Positions 31,446-41,658 of a stretch of DNA of 64,000 nt are shown in pieces. Both the position numbers and the translations under genes were made by a program. Under the pieces are notes generated by a model, which was not told where the DNA came from, did not search any database, and saw nothing but the letters and a program-made list of their open reading frames with translations. This DNA is from an uncultured Planctomycetota bacterium (GTDB lineage: Bacteria; Planctomycetota; Planctomycetia; Isosphaerales; Isosphaeraceae), in contig CAVSDG010000008.1 of the NCBI GenBank assembly GCA_963726685.1, positions 267,073 to 331,072 of the forward strand, written 5' to 3'. Numbering within the stretch: position 1 is the first letter of the stretch; every line of letters starts with the position of its first letter.

Positions 31446-33310
31446 ATGGCCAGCGGTCAATTCGCGGTCGCGTGCCACCAGATCGGCCGCTTGTTCGGGG
31501 CCGGGACCATCGCCGGCCTGAGCGAGGGCCAGCTCCTCGACCGCTTCGTCGCCCGCCGCGACGGCGCGGCCTTCGAGGCGATCGTCGCCCGGCACGGCCC
31601 CATGGTCCTTTCGGTCTGCCGGTCCGTGCTCCGCGACCCCAACGACGTCGACGACGCGTTCCAGGCCACGTTCCTCGTGCTCGTCCGCAAGGCCGAGACC
31701 CTCCGCCGCCGCGACCTTCTCGGAGGCTGGCTCCACGCGGTCGCGGGCCGGGTCGCCCGCAGGGCGCAATACGAGGCGTCGCGGCGTCGGGATCGCGAGG
31801 CCAAATATCCAGCAAGTGAAGGCCGGACCGAGCCCGAGTCCGACCGCCTCGACTTCCGCGCGGCGGTCCACTCCGAGGTCGACCGCCTGCCCGAGTCGTA
31901 TCGTCTGGCGGTCCTCTCCTGCGACCTCCGCGGCCTGACGCACGAGGAGGCCGCGCAGGAGCTGGGCTGGCCGGTCGGCACGGTCAAGGGCCGCCTCTAC
32001 CGCGCTCGGAACCTCCTCCGCGACCGGCTGGCCCGCCGCGGCGTCGCCCCCATCGCGGGCGGCGTGGCCGCCCTGCTGGCCGACGAAGGCCGCGCGGCGG
32101 TGCCGGAATCCTTGATCGAATCGACGGCGTCCGCCGCCTCGGCGATCGGCGCCGGCCCGCTCACCGCCGGCGCTGCGGCGGCCGTCTCTTCGCGTGCCAT
32201 CGGGTTGACCCAGGGAGTCCTGACGACCATGACCACGACTTCGACGAAGCTGAAACTCGCCGCGACGACCCTCGCGGTCGCGGCCCTGGCCGGCCCGGGC
32301 GCCTCGGCCTACCAGTTGGAGGCCAGGGTGGGCGGCCGATCCGCAACCTCGGTGTCCCGATGGGCGGCGCAGGGGCAGGCGCCTCCACGGCCGACGCCCG
32401 GATCAAGGTCGCCGAGAAGGCGATCGCCACACTTCGGGAGACCGAGAAGCATGGCGCCGCGCCCGCCAATTACGACAAGCTCTTCCTCTGGCAGCAACGC
32501 CTCGCCGAGGCCAAGATCGACGCCGGCGTCCCGGTCGCGGAGGCCACGAAGCCCTATCTCGAGGCCCTCAAGGCAGCCGAAGCCCGGCTGAAAGAGGGCG
32601 TGACCACCGGCCGATTCTCGCAGGCCGACGTCGACGAGGCCGAGTACCGTCGGCTCAAGGCCGAGTCGCTGCTCCAGGGGCACGGCGGCATGGGAATGGG
32701 AATGGGAATGGGAATGGGAATGGGAATGGGAATGGGCGGCGGCGGGATGGCCGGCATGGGCGGAATGCCGGGCGGCATGGGAGGCATGGGCGGCGGAATG
32801 GGCGCCCAGGGCGGCGGAATGAAGGCCCAGGGCGGCGGAATGGGCGGCGAATTCGGTGGCGGTGGCGATGCTGAGCGTGCCCCCAGGCCCAGGAAGCAGC
32901 ACCCCGCCGATCTCGAACGGAACAAGCTGATCGAGGAGCGGCTGGAGAAGGCCGTCCCGATGAACTTCGCCAGTGAGACGCCGCTCGAGGACGTCCTCAA
33001 GTACATCAAGGAGGCAACGAAGGACCCCAAGGGCAAGACCATCCCGATCTACGTCGACCCGATCGGGCTCCAGGAGGCCGAGAGGACCCCGCAATCGACG
33101 GTGGTCCTCGACATCGAGGACGTCCCGCTCCGCACTACCCTGCGGATCATGCTCCACCAGCTCAGCCTCGACTATCGCGTCCGCGACGGCATGATCTACA
33201 TCGGCGGGGCGCCCACGCTGGAGGACGAGGACCAGGCGGCCGAGGCCGAACAGAGGGTGGAGGAGTTCCGCCAGAGGCGGCTCCAGGCGGCGGATCGGCG
33301 ATTGCAGTGA
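31446..33310 (+). CDS. ECF sigma factor fused to a TM helix, coiled coil, Met/Gly-rich tract and STN/secretin-N0-like C-terminal domain (paralog 1), frame broken near 32345
   Basis: Region 2 is DDAFQATFLVLVRKA. Region 4 is LTHEEAAQELGWPVGTVKGRLYRARNLLR. The TM helix is LKLAATTLAVAALAGPGA. The C-terminal module is PMNFASETPLEDVLKYIKEA...IPIYVDP...DVPLRTTLRIMLHQLSLDYRVRDGMIYI. Confidence 0.8.
32690..32737 (+). repeat. Hexanucleotide microsatellite (ATGGGA)x7 plus ATGGGC, coding (Met-Gly)8
   Basis: Counted directly. It is in frame within paralog 1 and followed by further GGM/GGGM repeats up to about 32870. Confidence 0.95.
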
Positions 33311-33401
33311 TGGCCCGAGAAAACGGGGAGAAACCCGTATTGCGCGGGCCTCGGTCGTGCAGTAATAGGAGGATGCACGTCCGACACCGGGGCCTCTCTC
33401 C

Positions 33402-36216
33402 ATGTCCAGCACCCAGCTCGCCTCGGCCTGCCGGCAGATCGGCCGCCTGTTCGGGGCCGGGACGCTCGCCGGGCTCGGCGAGGGCCAGCTCCTCGACCGC
33501 TTCGTCGCCCGCCGCGACGACGACGCCTTCGAGGCGATCGTCGCGCGGCACGGCCCGATGGTCCTGGCCATCTGCCGCTCGCTGCTCCGCGACGCCAACG
33601 ACGTCGACGACGCCTTTCAGGCCGTCTTCCTCGTCCTCGTGAAGCGGGCCGACTCGGTCCGCCACCGCGACCTCCTGGGGCCCTGGCTCCACGGCGTCGC
33701 GCGGCGGATCGCCATCCGGGCGCGGACAGACGCGAGCCGCCGTCGCGACCGGCAGTCCTGCGGGCCCGAGCCGCAAGGCCCGGTCGGCGACGACCTCGAC
33801 CGGCTCGACGAACGGGCCTCGATCCACGCCGAGGTCGATCGCCTGCCGTCGTCGTACCGAGCGGCGATTCTGCTCTGCTACTTCGAGGGCCGGACCCACG
33901 AGGAGGCGGCGCGGGAGCTCGGGTGGCCCGTGGGGACGGTCCGGGGCCGGCTCGCCCGCGCCCGCGACCTGCTCCGCGGCCGCCTGGCGCGGCGGGGCGT
34001 CGGGCTGACCTCGGGGGCCCTGCTGGCGACGCTGGCGAGGGAGTCGGAGGCCGCGGTGCCGGGCGTGCTCCTGGAGTCAACCACCAAGGCCGCGGCGCTC
34101 GCCGCGGCCGGCCCGCTCGCGCCCTGGCTCGTCTCGTCGGCGATCGTCTCGGCTCGCGCGCTGGCCCTGGCCCAGGGAGTCCTGCCCGTGATGACCACCT
34201 CGAAGCTCAAGCTCGTGGCGACCCTTCTGGTCGCCGGCCTCGTCGTCGGCCCGGGGGCCGCGGCCCAGCGGGGGCCCGACGACGGCCGGCCGACGTCCAA
34301 GACCGACGTCGCCAAGGCCGACTCGACCGGGGCCGATCCCACGGCGGCGCCGGCTGAGATCACCCTCGAAGAGCGCCTCCGGCTCGCGGAGAAGGGCCTG
34401 GCGGATCAACTCGCCCTGCTCCGCGCGGGAGAACTTAACCTCGCCGACGCCGATATCCCCTTCTGGAATAGCCGCGTCCTCGGGGCGCGGATCGCGGCGG
34501 GGCGAGACCAGGCCGACGCCTTCCGCTCCTTCATCAAGACGAGCCGGGAGGTCGAGTCACTCGTCCGCGACCGCTTCAGGCGGGGAGTGGGGGCCTTCAC
34601 CGACGTGACCCGGGCCCAGATCAACCGGATGGAGGCCGAGGACCACACGCGGCAGGTCTGGAACCTCCCGCCCGGCCTGATCCGCTTCCCGCTGACGACC
34701 GGAGGCGTGGCGGACGGCGAGCCGATCGCGAGGCTCGATCCCCGGGTCAAGCCCGCCGACACGACACCGAAGCCCGACAAGCCCGCCCCGGCCGCGTCGA
34801 CGCCCGCCGACGCGGCCGCCGAACGGGTCAAGTTCGCCGAGCAGGTGCTCTCCAACCAGCTCAAGCTCGTTGAGGCCGGCGAAGCGAAGCTCGAGGACAT
34901 GGACCGCTTGAATCGTCGCGTCCTTTTAGCGCGGGTCGCCGCAGGGCGGGACAAGGCCGAGGCCCTCCGCTCGTTCCTCGAGACGAGCCGCAAGGTCGAG
35001 TCGATCGCCCGTGATCTATTCAAGCAAGGCGGGATCCCGGTCGCCGAGCTGAGCAAGGCCGCGTCCGATCGGAGCGAGGCCGAGGAGTACGCGCGACGGA
35101 TCGCGAATTGGCCGGGACAGCCCTCCGCGGGCAAACCGGTCAACGAGTCGATCGCGAGGGCCGATCCCCTCGTCAAGCCCGCCGACACGACTCCCAAGCC
35201 CGAGAATCCCGCTGCGGCCGTGACGACGCCCCCGGGCAGCGCGGGCGAGCGGCTCCGGATCGCCGAGGAGGCGATCGGCACGCTTAAGAAACTCATCGAC
35301 GCGCCGAACAACAAGCTGGCCCAGGGCTCCCTCGGCCAGTTGAACAACCAACTCCAGAACTGGCAGGGCGTGGCCGACCAGGCCCGGCACGAGCTCGGGG
35401 GGCCCGATCCGGGCTACCTCCAGGCCCTGCGTACGCTGGAGTCCGCGCGCGAGGTGGAGGCCGCGTCCAAGAAACGGGCCGATGCCGGCCAGGGCAGCAA
35501 GCTCGACCATCTCAACGCCCAGTTCGCCGCACGTCCAGGCCCAGGAGCAGGTCGATCGCTGGGCCGAGTCGGAGCGGAACCGGAAGCCGGCGGGCACGAC
35601 CGCGGAGCCGACAGCCCTGAAGGTCAATCCCGGCCCCAATCCCGGCGACGGCCCGAAGGCCAGGGCCGCCGACGGCGAGGCCGGCGCGATCGGCGAGCCC
35701 GAGCCGCCCAGGCCGCGCAGGCTGCCGAAGATCGACCCGGCCGACGCCGAGCGCGACAAGGCGATCGAGCAGGCGCTGGAGAACACGGCGTCGATCACGT
35801 TTCCCGAGGGGACGACGCTCGACCAGGTCCTCGCGACCCTCCGCGAGTCGACCAGGGACGCGAAGGCCGGGCTGCCCAAGGGGGTCCCGATCTACGTCGA
35901 CCCGCTGGTCCTCGTCGAGGACCGGCCCGGCCAGGAAAAGCGGAGGAAGGTCTTCAAGACGATCGCGCCGATCGAGCTCGAGGACGTCCCGCTCCGCGTC
36001 GTCCTGCGGCTGGCCCTCGACCAGTTCTCGCTGAGTTACCAGATCCGCGACCGGATGGTGTACATCAACGACGAGGAGCTGGTCGATCTCGGCACCGAGG
36101 GCGGAATCGAGTTCCGCTCCGCCAACGGCGGCGTCATGCGGATGGGAGGCATGCGTGGAATGAACATGGGCGGCCCCCGAAACCGGGGCATGGGCAACCC
36201 GGGCGGCATGATGTGA
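33402..36216 (+). CDS. ECF sigma factor fused to a TM helix, long duplicated coiled-coil region and STN/secretin-N0-like C-terminal domain (paralog 2), frame broken near 35528
   Basis: The N-terminal 190 aa are about 75 percent identical to paralog 1. The TM helix is LKLVATLLVAGLVVGPGA. The C-terminus comes from ORF 35482..36216 (ITFPEGTTLDQVLATLRE...PIYVDP...DVPLRVVLRLALDQFSLSYQIRDRMVYI) and ends in a Met/Gly-rich tail. Confidence 0.8.
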
Positions 36217-36362
36217 TCGGAGGGCCGGGCGAATTCGCGGGCGCGGTTGCAGTCGGTCGGTGCCGGCTTTCCCGGGTGGAGCGGGCCTCCGTGCCCGCCC
36301 GCGACAGCCCCCACGGCGGGCGCCCCAGCCGGAGAAGACGGCGACGATCCGCAGAGAACACC

Positions 36363-38039
36363 CTAACTCAGCGTCTGAAGCGCCTCCCCCTCGCGCCCCT
36401 CGGGACGCTTGAGGGGCAGCTCGATCGTGAACGTCGACCCCTTGCCCGGCTCCGACACCACGGAAATCTTCCCGCCGTGCTCGCGGACGATCTTCTGCGA
36501 GACCGACAGCCCGAGCCCCGTCCCGCGCGAGCCCTTGGTCGACGCGAAGACGCGGAAGATCCCTCCGACTTCTCCCTCGGGAATGCCTACGCCGTTATCG
36601 GAAACGGCGACGCGAGCCACGGCGAACTCCTCGTCCCACGAGGTCGAGACGGCCACGCGCCCGCCGTCGGCCGATTCGGCCGCATCGATCGCGTTGGTGA
36701 CGATATTGAGCACGGCGCGATGGATACCTTCGGCGTCGAGGAGCATCTCGGGCATCCCTTCGGCCGGCGTCCACTCGAGCGCGACGTTCAGCTCGCCGGC
36801 CCGCGACCGCATCAGCTCGACGACGTCGGCGACCGTTGCGTTGAGGTCCGCGGGGTCGAGGGCGGGCTCGCGATCCTTCGAGAACGAGAGCATGTCCATG
36901 ACGAGGTTGTAGATCTTCGCCTGGTTCTTCTCGACGATCGCCCAGCCCTTGCGGATCGTTGGCTCATCCTTACCCTCCAGGCCCATCTCAACGAGATAGC
37001 CGCCGCCGCGGAGGCCCTGGAGGATGTTCTTGATGTGGTGCGAGAGCGTCGCGATCGTCTGCCCGACCGCCGCGAGCCGCTCGGCCTGGACCTTGGCCTG
37101 ATAGAGCTCGGTGTTCTCGATCGCCAGCCCCGCCTGGTGCCCGAGCGCGACCATCAGCTTGAGGTGATCGTTGCTGAACCGGTGCCGCATGCCGCCGAGG
37201 AGCGCCGCCGTCGAGCGGTGCCAGGGCGTCGACATAGAGCACGCCGAGCGTGGCGTGCCGGCCCTGGATCGGCACGCACATGGCCTCGCGGATGCCGTAG
37301 TCGACGATCGATTGAGCCGGGCCGAACCGCGCGTCGGCCGGGGCGTCGGAGGTGATGACGCCCTGACCCTTGCTGAGCACGTGATCGATGATCGTCCGCG
37401 AGATCTTCAGCCGCTCGTCGGGCTCGGCGGGCCCTCGCCAGCGGACGGCCTTGGGGACGAGCTCGCCGGCCTCGTCGCGGAGCAGGATCACGCCGCGGTC
37501 GGCGCCGATCGAGTCGAAAACGAGCTGCAGAACCTGCGGGAGCAGCGCATCGATCTCGACGACGCTGCTGATCGCCTGCGCCGCACGGTACATGACGGCC
37601 AGGCTGGCGAGCCGCTCCTTGAGCCACTCGCCGGCCGAGCCGGGGGCCTCGAGGACGCGCGAGCCCTCGTCGGCGGGGATGCTCTTGAGGATCGCCGAAC
37701 GGTCGCCGGGGCTGGCCAGGCCGAGCAGGTCGACGCGGTCGGTCAGCTCGCGCGCGGCCGGCGGGGCGGCGTCGAAGAGCATGACCGTCTGGCCGAGCCG
37801 CACCTGGTCGCCCGCCTTCAGGCCGGCCTGCTCGACGGCCTGGCCGTTGACGTAAGTACCGTTGGCCGAGCCGACGTCGACGACGCGGTAGCCGTCGCCG
37901 TCGCGTCGGACCTCCGCATGTCTGCGCGAGATCTCGTGGTCGTGGAGCCGGATCGTGTTCGTCGCGTCGCGGCCGAGCCCGGCCGCGCCGTCGGCGAGCT
38001 CGAACCGCTTCCCCTGGTCGGCCCCCTGGATGACGAACA
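36363..38039 (-). CDS. FHA-GAF-HisKA-HATPase sensor histidine kinase, frame broken near 37200
   Basis: GTG start at 38039, preceded by GAGGGGGGA. FHA domain (GRDATNTIRLHDHEISRRHAEVRRDGDGYRVVDVGSANGTYVNG), GAF domain, H-box LSHHIKN, N/G boxes (DNGVGIPE, GTGLGLSV). Confidence 0.85.
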
Positions 38040-38246
38040 ACGAGGCCACGCGCGTCCCCCCTCGCCCTCGAGTCGCGGCCCAGGCTAAACCGGCCAGCCG
38101 CGACGGGTCAACCGCCGCGGGCCGGGAGGACGGCCGGGCCTCCCTCCCGATCATACGGGAGGAACGGTCCGCCCGTGCGAAGCCGCGACCCGACAATCCG
38201 GCCCAGGTGCCGCGCCGACCGAACCCGGCGCGGCCGCGCGCGCGGT

Positions 38247-38367
38247 GCGAAACGAACCCAATCTCAGGGGGCCGTGTCGCGCGAAACGAACCCAATCTCG
38301 CGGTCCGCCGCCGTGCCAAACGAAGCCAATTTGCCGCCGTGCGGCTCGGCGAATCGAAGCCAATTCC
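38247..38367. promoter_or_regulatory. Array of four 19-nt motifs (GCGAAACGAACCCAATCTC and variants) at exactly 34-bp spacing
   Basis: Copies start at 38247 and 38281 (identical) and at 38315 and 38349 (15/19 each). The array lies 200-330 bp upstream of the kinase start and downstream of the MFP gene. Confidence 0.6.
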
Positions 38368-38451
38368 CGGTAGACTATTGCCACAAAGGCTTTTCTAGAA
38401 ACAACTTGAATCGACCGTCCTCGACCTCGGGTTCGGTCGGCACGTCCCAGG

Positions 38452-39689
38452 TCAGAAGGGCGTGACCCCGCCCGTGGCGGGCTTCGTGGCCGCCGGGGCG
38501 GGGGCGGCCGGGCGGGTCGCGGGTCGACCGGCGGTCCGGCCCGAGCCGATGGGGGCGATGCCCGCCGGGGCGACCTCGGCCGCCTCGCCCACGTGCTCCG
38601 CCGGCGGGGGGACGCCCTCGACCATCCGGGCGGGCGCGGCGTCGCTGAACCGGATGAACGTCCCGGCCCGGAGGGGCACCGACGTCGACTGGATCAGCAC
38701 GTCGCTGGCCCGGAACGGTCCCGTCACCTGGAGCCGGTCGACTCCGAGGGCTCCGATGACCCGGATCGGCACGTCCGTCACCCGCTCGCCCCGGATGACC
38801 TGGACGGTCGGGTTGCCGGCGTCGTCCTTGAGGGTCGAGTAGGAGGGCACGCCTGCGATCAGGGCATTGGGCAAGAACGGGCTCTGCGCCCGCTGCCCAG
38901 GCTCGTAGGCGCCGAAGGATTCGGGACCACGAGCCACGCCGCGGCCAGAGGCGAGGCCAGCTCGCGGAGCGTGGCGTCCCGCTCGGGCAGCGGCAGCAGG
39001 GCCTGAACCTTGCCGTTCACCCCATTCCCCTCGATCGTGAAGTTCACCGTCCCGTTCAACGTCACCGCCGTCCGGTCGACGGGCAGGAGGACGCGGACGC
39101 TCGAGACGTCGGCGAGCTCGAGGATGGTCGCCCCGCGCGAGAGGTACTGCCCCGGGCTGACGGACACGGCCATGATCTTGCCGGCGAAGGGGGCGCGGAG
39201 GGTGCAGGCGTCGACCGCCATCTGGGCCAGCTCGACGTGGGCCTTGGCGGCGTCGAGCCGGGCCTCGGCGATCGCGGCGTAGCCGGCCTTGGACGGGGTC
39301 GTCGCGCCCCCGGAGGCCGCGGCATCGGTCGCGCGGGCGCCGTCGAGCTCGGCCTGGCGTTCCTTGACGCTGGCCATGGCGATCTTGAGGTGGGCCATCG
39401 TCGCGGCGGTGTCGAGCCGTCCGATCTCCTGCCCCTCCTTGACGGTTGCGCCGACGGGAACGGCCAGGCTCTTGAGCACGCCGTCGGCCGGGGCCATGAC
39501 GACGACCTTGCGCAGGGGCTCGAGGAGGTTCGGCACCTGGTAGCGGTCGGGGAGCGTCAGGTAGAGCGGGGCGCGCTCCACCTTGGCCGCGACCTGGTTC
39601 GGATTGGCCGTCGCCTGGGTCTGCGCCCCCGCGAACGTAGGCGCCGCCAGGACCAACACGAACCCCCACGGACTCATGCGCCGCGTCAT
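38452..39689 (-). CDS. HlyD-family periplasmic adaptor (membrane fusion protein), frame broken near 38930
   Basis: Has a signal peptide. VVVMAPADGVLKSLAVPVGATVKEGQEIGRLD, a coiled coil, LRAPFAGKIMAVSVSPGQYL. The C-terminal barrel continues in ORF 38452..39696. Confidence 0.8.
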
Positions 39690-39964
39690 GACCCACCTCG
39701 CGCCTGGTGTCTTCCGATCGGCAAGTCCCCCGTCAAGCTAATCCGGTCGATCCGCGAGCGTCAATCGTAGGGGCGGGATTGTCCCGGGTGGGCCGGGACG
39801 GCTGGACCCCCGATCGCGTCCCTCCCGATCAGAGAGCCTGGGGCCCACTCCGACCATGGTCGGCGAGGGGCCTCCACGTTCGCCGTCATCCGACGACGGC
39901 CCGCCCGGGTGGAACCCGAGGCTCCGACGCACGGCCCGCGTGCGTCGCCCCGCAGGAGTGGGTC

Positions 39965-41563
39965 ATGGATATCCGCGGCCGGACGATCCGCCGGATCGCG
40001 ATTCTGGTGCTGGTCGCCTGGACTGGCCCGGCCTCGGTGCAGGTGCCGACGATCGTTGAGGAGAAGCCCTCCGCCGGCCCGGGGATGAAGCCGGGGTCGC
40101 AAACCTCGACGCTTGGGCCGATGCCTGGGGTTGGTGGCGGGAGCTTTCTCCAGGGCCCCGGTGGGCAGATCCTCGGCGGCCGGCCCGGCGCGGCGGTCCC
40201 GCGCGTGCCGACCACCATCACCACGCCCGGGGCCGGGGCCGACCAGATCACCGCCCCGATGGCCATCGGCCTCCCCGCCCCGCTGCCGCTGACCTCCGTC
40301 CCGCTGTACGGCGCGCTCGAGCTGCCGACCATGCCGGACGAGGGCCCGGACGACGGCCTCACGCTCGACCAGACAATCGAGATCGCCGTTCGCGCCAACC
40401 TCGAGCTCATGGCCCGCAAATATGAGATCAACCTGGCCCAGGCCGACGTCCTCCAGGCCAGCCTGCGGGCCAACCCGCTCCTCTACGCCGACGGTCAGCT
40501 CATCCCCTACGGCAGCTACAGCAAGGATCGCCCTGGCGGCCAGACGCAGTACGACGTCAACGTCTCGCACCCGCTCGACATCTCCCACAAGCGCCAGGCG
40601 AGGACCGCCGCGGCCGTCCAGGCCCGGCGCATCGTCGAGGCGCAGTTCCAGGACGCCGTCCGCCTGATGCTGGCCAACGTGGGCTACGCCTACGTGAACG
40701 CCCAGGCGGCCCGCGAGACCTTGCGCTACGCCGAGACGGGGCTGACCGGGCTCGACCGTCTCGTGAAGTCGATGGAAGGGCTGGCCGTCCGCGGCGAGCG
40801 GACCCGGTCGGACATCAACCGGGTCCGCGCCCAGCGCGACGCCTCGGAGGTCGGCGTCATGGACGCCCAGGAGGGGCTGCTCAAGGCCCTGCGGACGCTC
40901 GGCGGCTATCTGAACATGCCGCCCGAGACGGCCGAGGCGATCAAGCTCCGCGGCACGCTTCGCGACGTCGCCCCGCCGCCGCCGGGCATTGAGGAGCTGA
41001 CGCAAATCGCCATGACGTCCCGGCCCGACCTGATCGCCTTCCGCCTCGGCGTCGGCTTCGCGCATGCGGACCTGAAGCTGCAGGAGGCCAACCGCTTCGC
41101 CGACGCCTACCTGCTCTACCAGCCCTACACGTTCCAGAGCAACGTCCCGGTCGGCCTGAAGAGCGCGACGTCCTGGGCCCTGGGCATCACGATGCCGGTG
41201 CCGCTCTACAACCGGAATCAGGGCAACATCCAGCGAGCCAGGCTCAATATCTCGCAGACCAACATCCAGCTCGCGTCGCTCGAGCGGCAGGTTTCGATCG
41301 AGGTCCGCCAGGCCCAGCGCGAGTACGAGGTGACGAAGGTCTATCTCGACCGCTTCGAACGCAGCGTCCTCGTCTCGGCCCGCTCGGCGCTGGACGATAC
41401 CCGCAAGCTGTTCCTCGCGGGCGAGCTGCCCGACGTCACCCGCTTCCTGGCCGTCCAGAAGGAGTACAACGACACGGTCCGCCAGTACCGCGACACGGCG
41501 ATCCGCCACCGGCGGAGCATGATCGGCCTCAATACGGCGGTCGGATGTCGCGTCCTCCCCTGA
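39965..41563 (+). CDS. TolC-family outer membrane efflux protein
   Basis: I prefer the ATG at 39965 (MDIRGRTIRRIAILVLVAWTGPASVQV). Two TolC repeats are present (LTLDQTIEIAVRANLEL..., LTQIAMTSRPDLIAFRLGV...). Confidence 0.85.
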   Translation: MDIRGRTIRRIAILVLVAWTGPASVQVPTIVEEKPSAGPGMKPGSQTSTLGPMPGVGGGSFLQGPGGQILGGRPGAAVPRVPTTITTPGAGADQITAPMAIGLPAPLPLTSVPLYGALELPTMPDEGPDDGLTLDQTIEIAVRANLELMARKYEINLAQADVLQASLRANPLLYADGQLIPYGSYSKDRPGGQTQYDVNVSHPLDISHKRQARTAAAVQARRIVEAQFQDAVRLMLANVGYAYVNAQAARETLRYAETGLTGLDRLVKSMEGLAVRGERTRSDINRVRAQRDASEVGVMDAQEGLLKALRTLGGYLNMPPETAEAIKLRGTLRDVAPPPPGIEELTQIAMTSRPDLIAFRLGVGFAHADLKLQEANRFADAYLLYQPYTFQSNVPVGLKSATSWALGITMPVPLYNRNQGNIQRARLNISQTNIQLASLERQVSIEVRQAQREYEVTKVYLDRFERSVLVSARSALDDTRKLFLAGELPDVTRFLAVQKEYNDTVRQYRDTAIRHRRSMIGLNTAVGCRVLP

Positions 41564-41658
41564 GCCAACCCCTGGCGACCCGTCTGGGCCGTCGTTACCA
41601 TCGGGGTCACTTCCCGTCCCGGCACCACACCACCGACTCACCGACGAGGGCCACAACC

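Noticed and set aside
33402-37355. 1317-aa ORF in the track, presented as one giant protein
   Set aside because: Only the first ~710 codons are protein-like. After about 35528 the real protein continues in another frame to 36216. The remainder of the ORF is Arg/Pro/Gly-rich read-through on the antisense strand of the histidine kinase gene (36363..38039).
38247-38367. CRISPR array
   Set aside because: The repeats are only 19 nt with 15-nt spacers. Two of the four copies are degenerate (15/19), and no cas genes are nearby. It is better explained as phased protein-binding sites.
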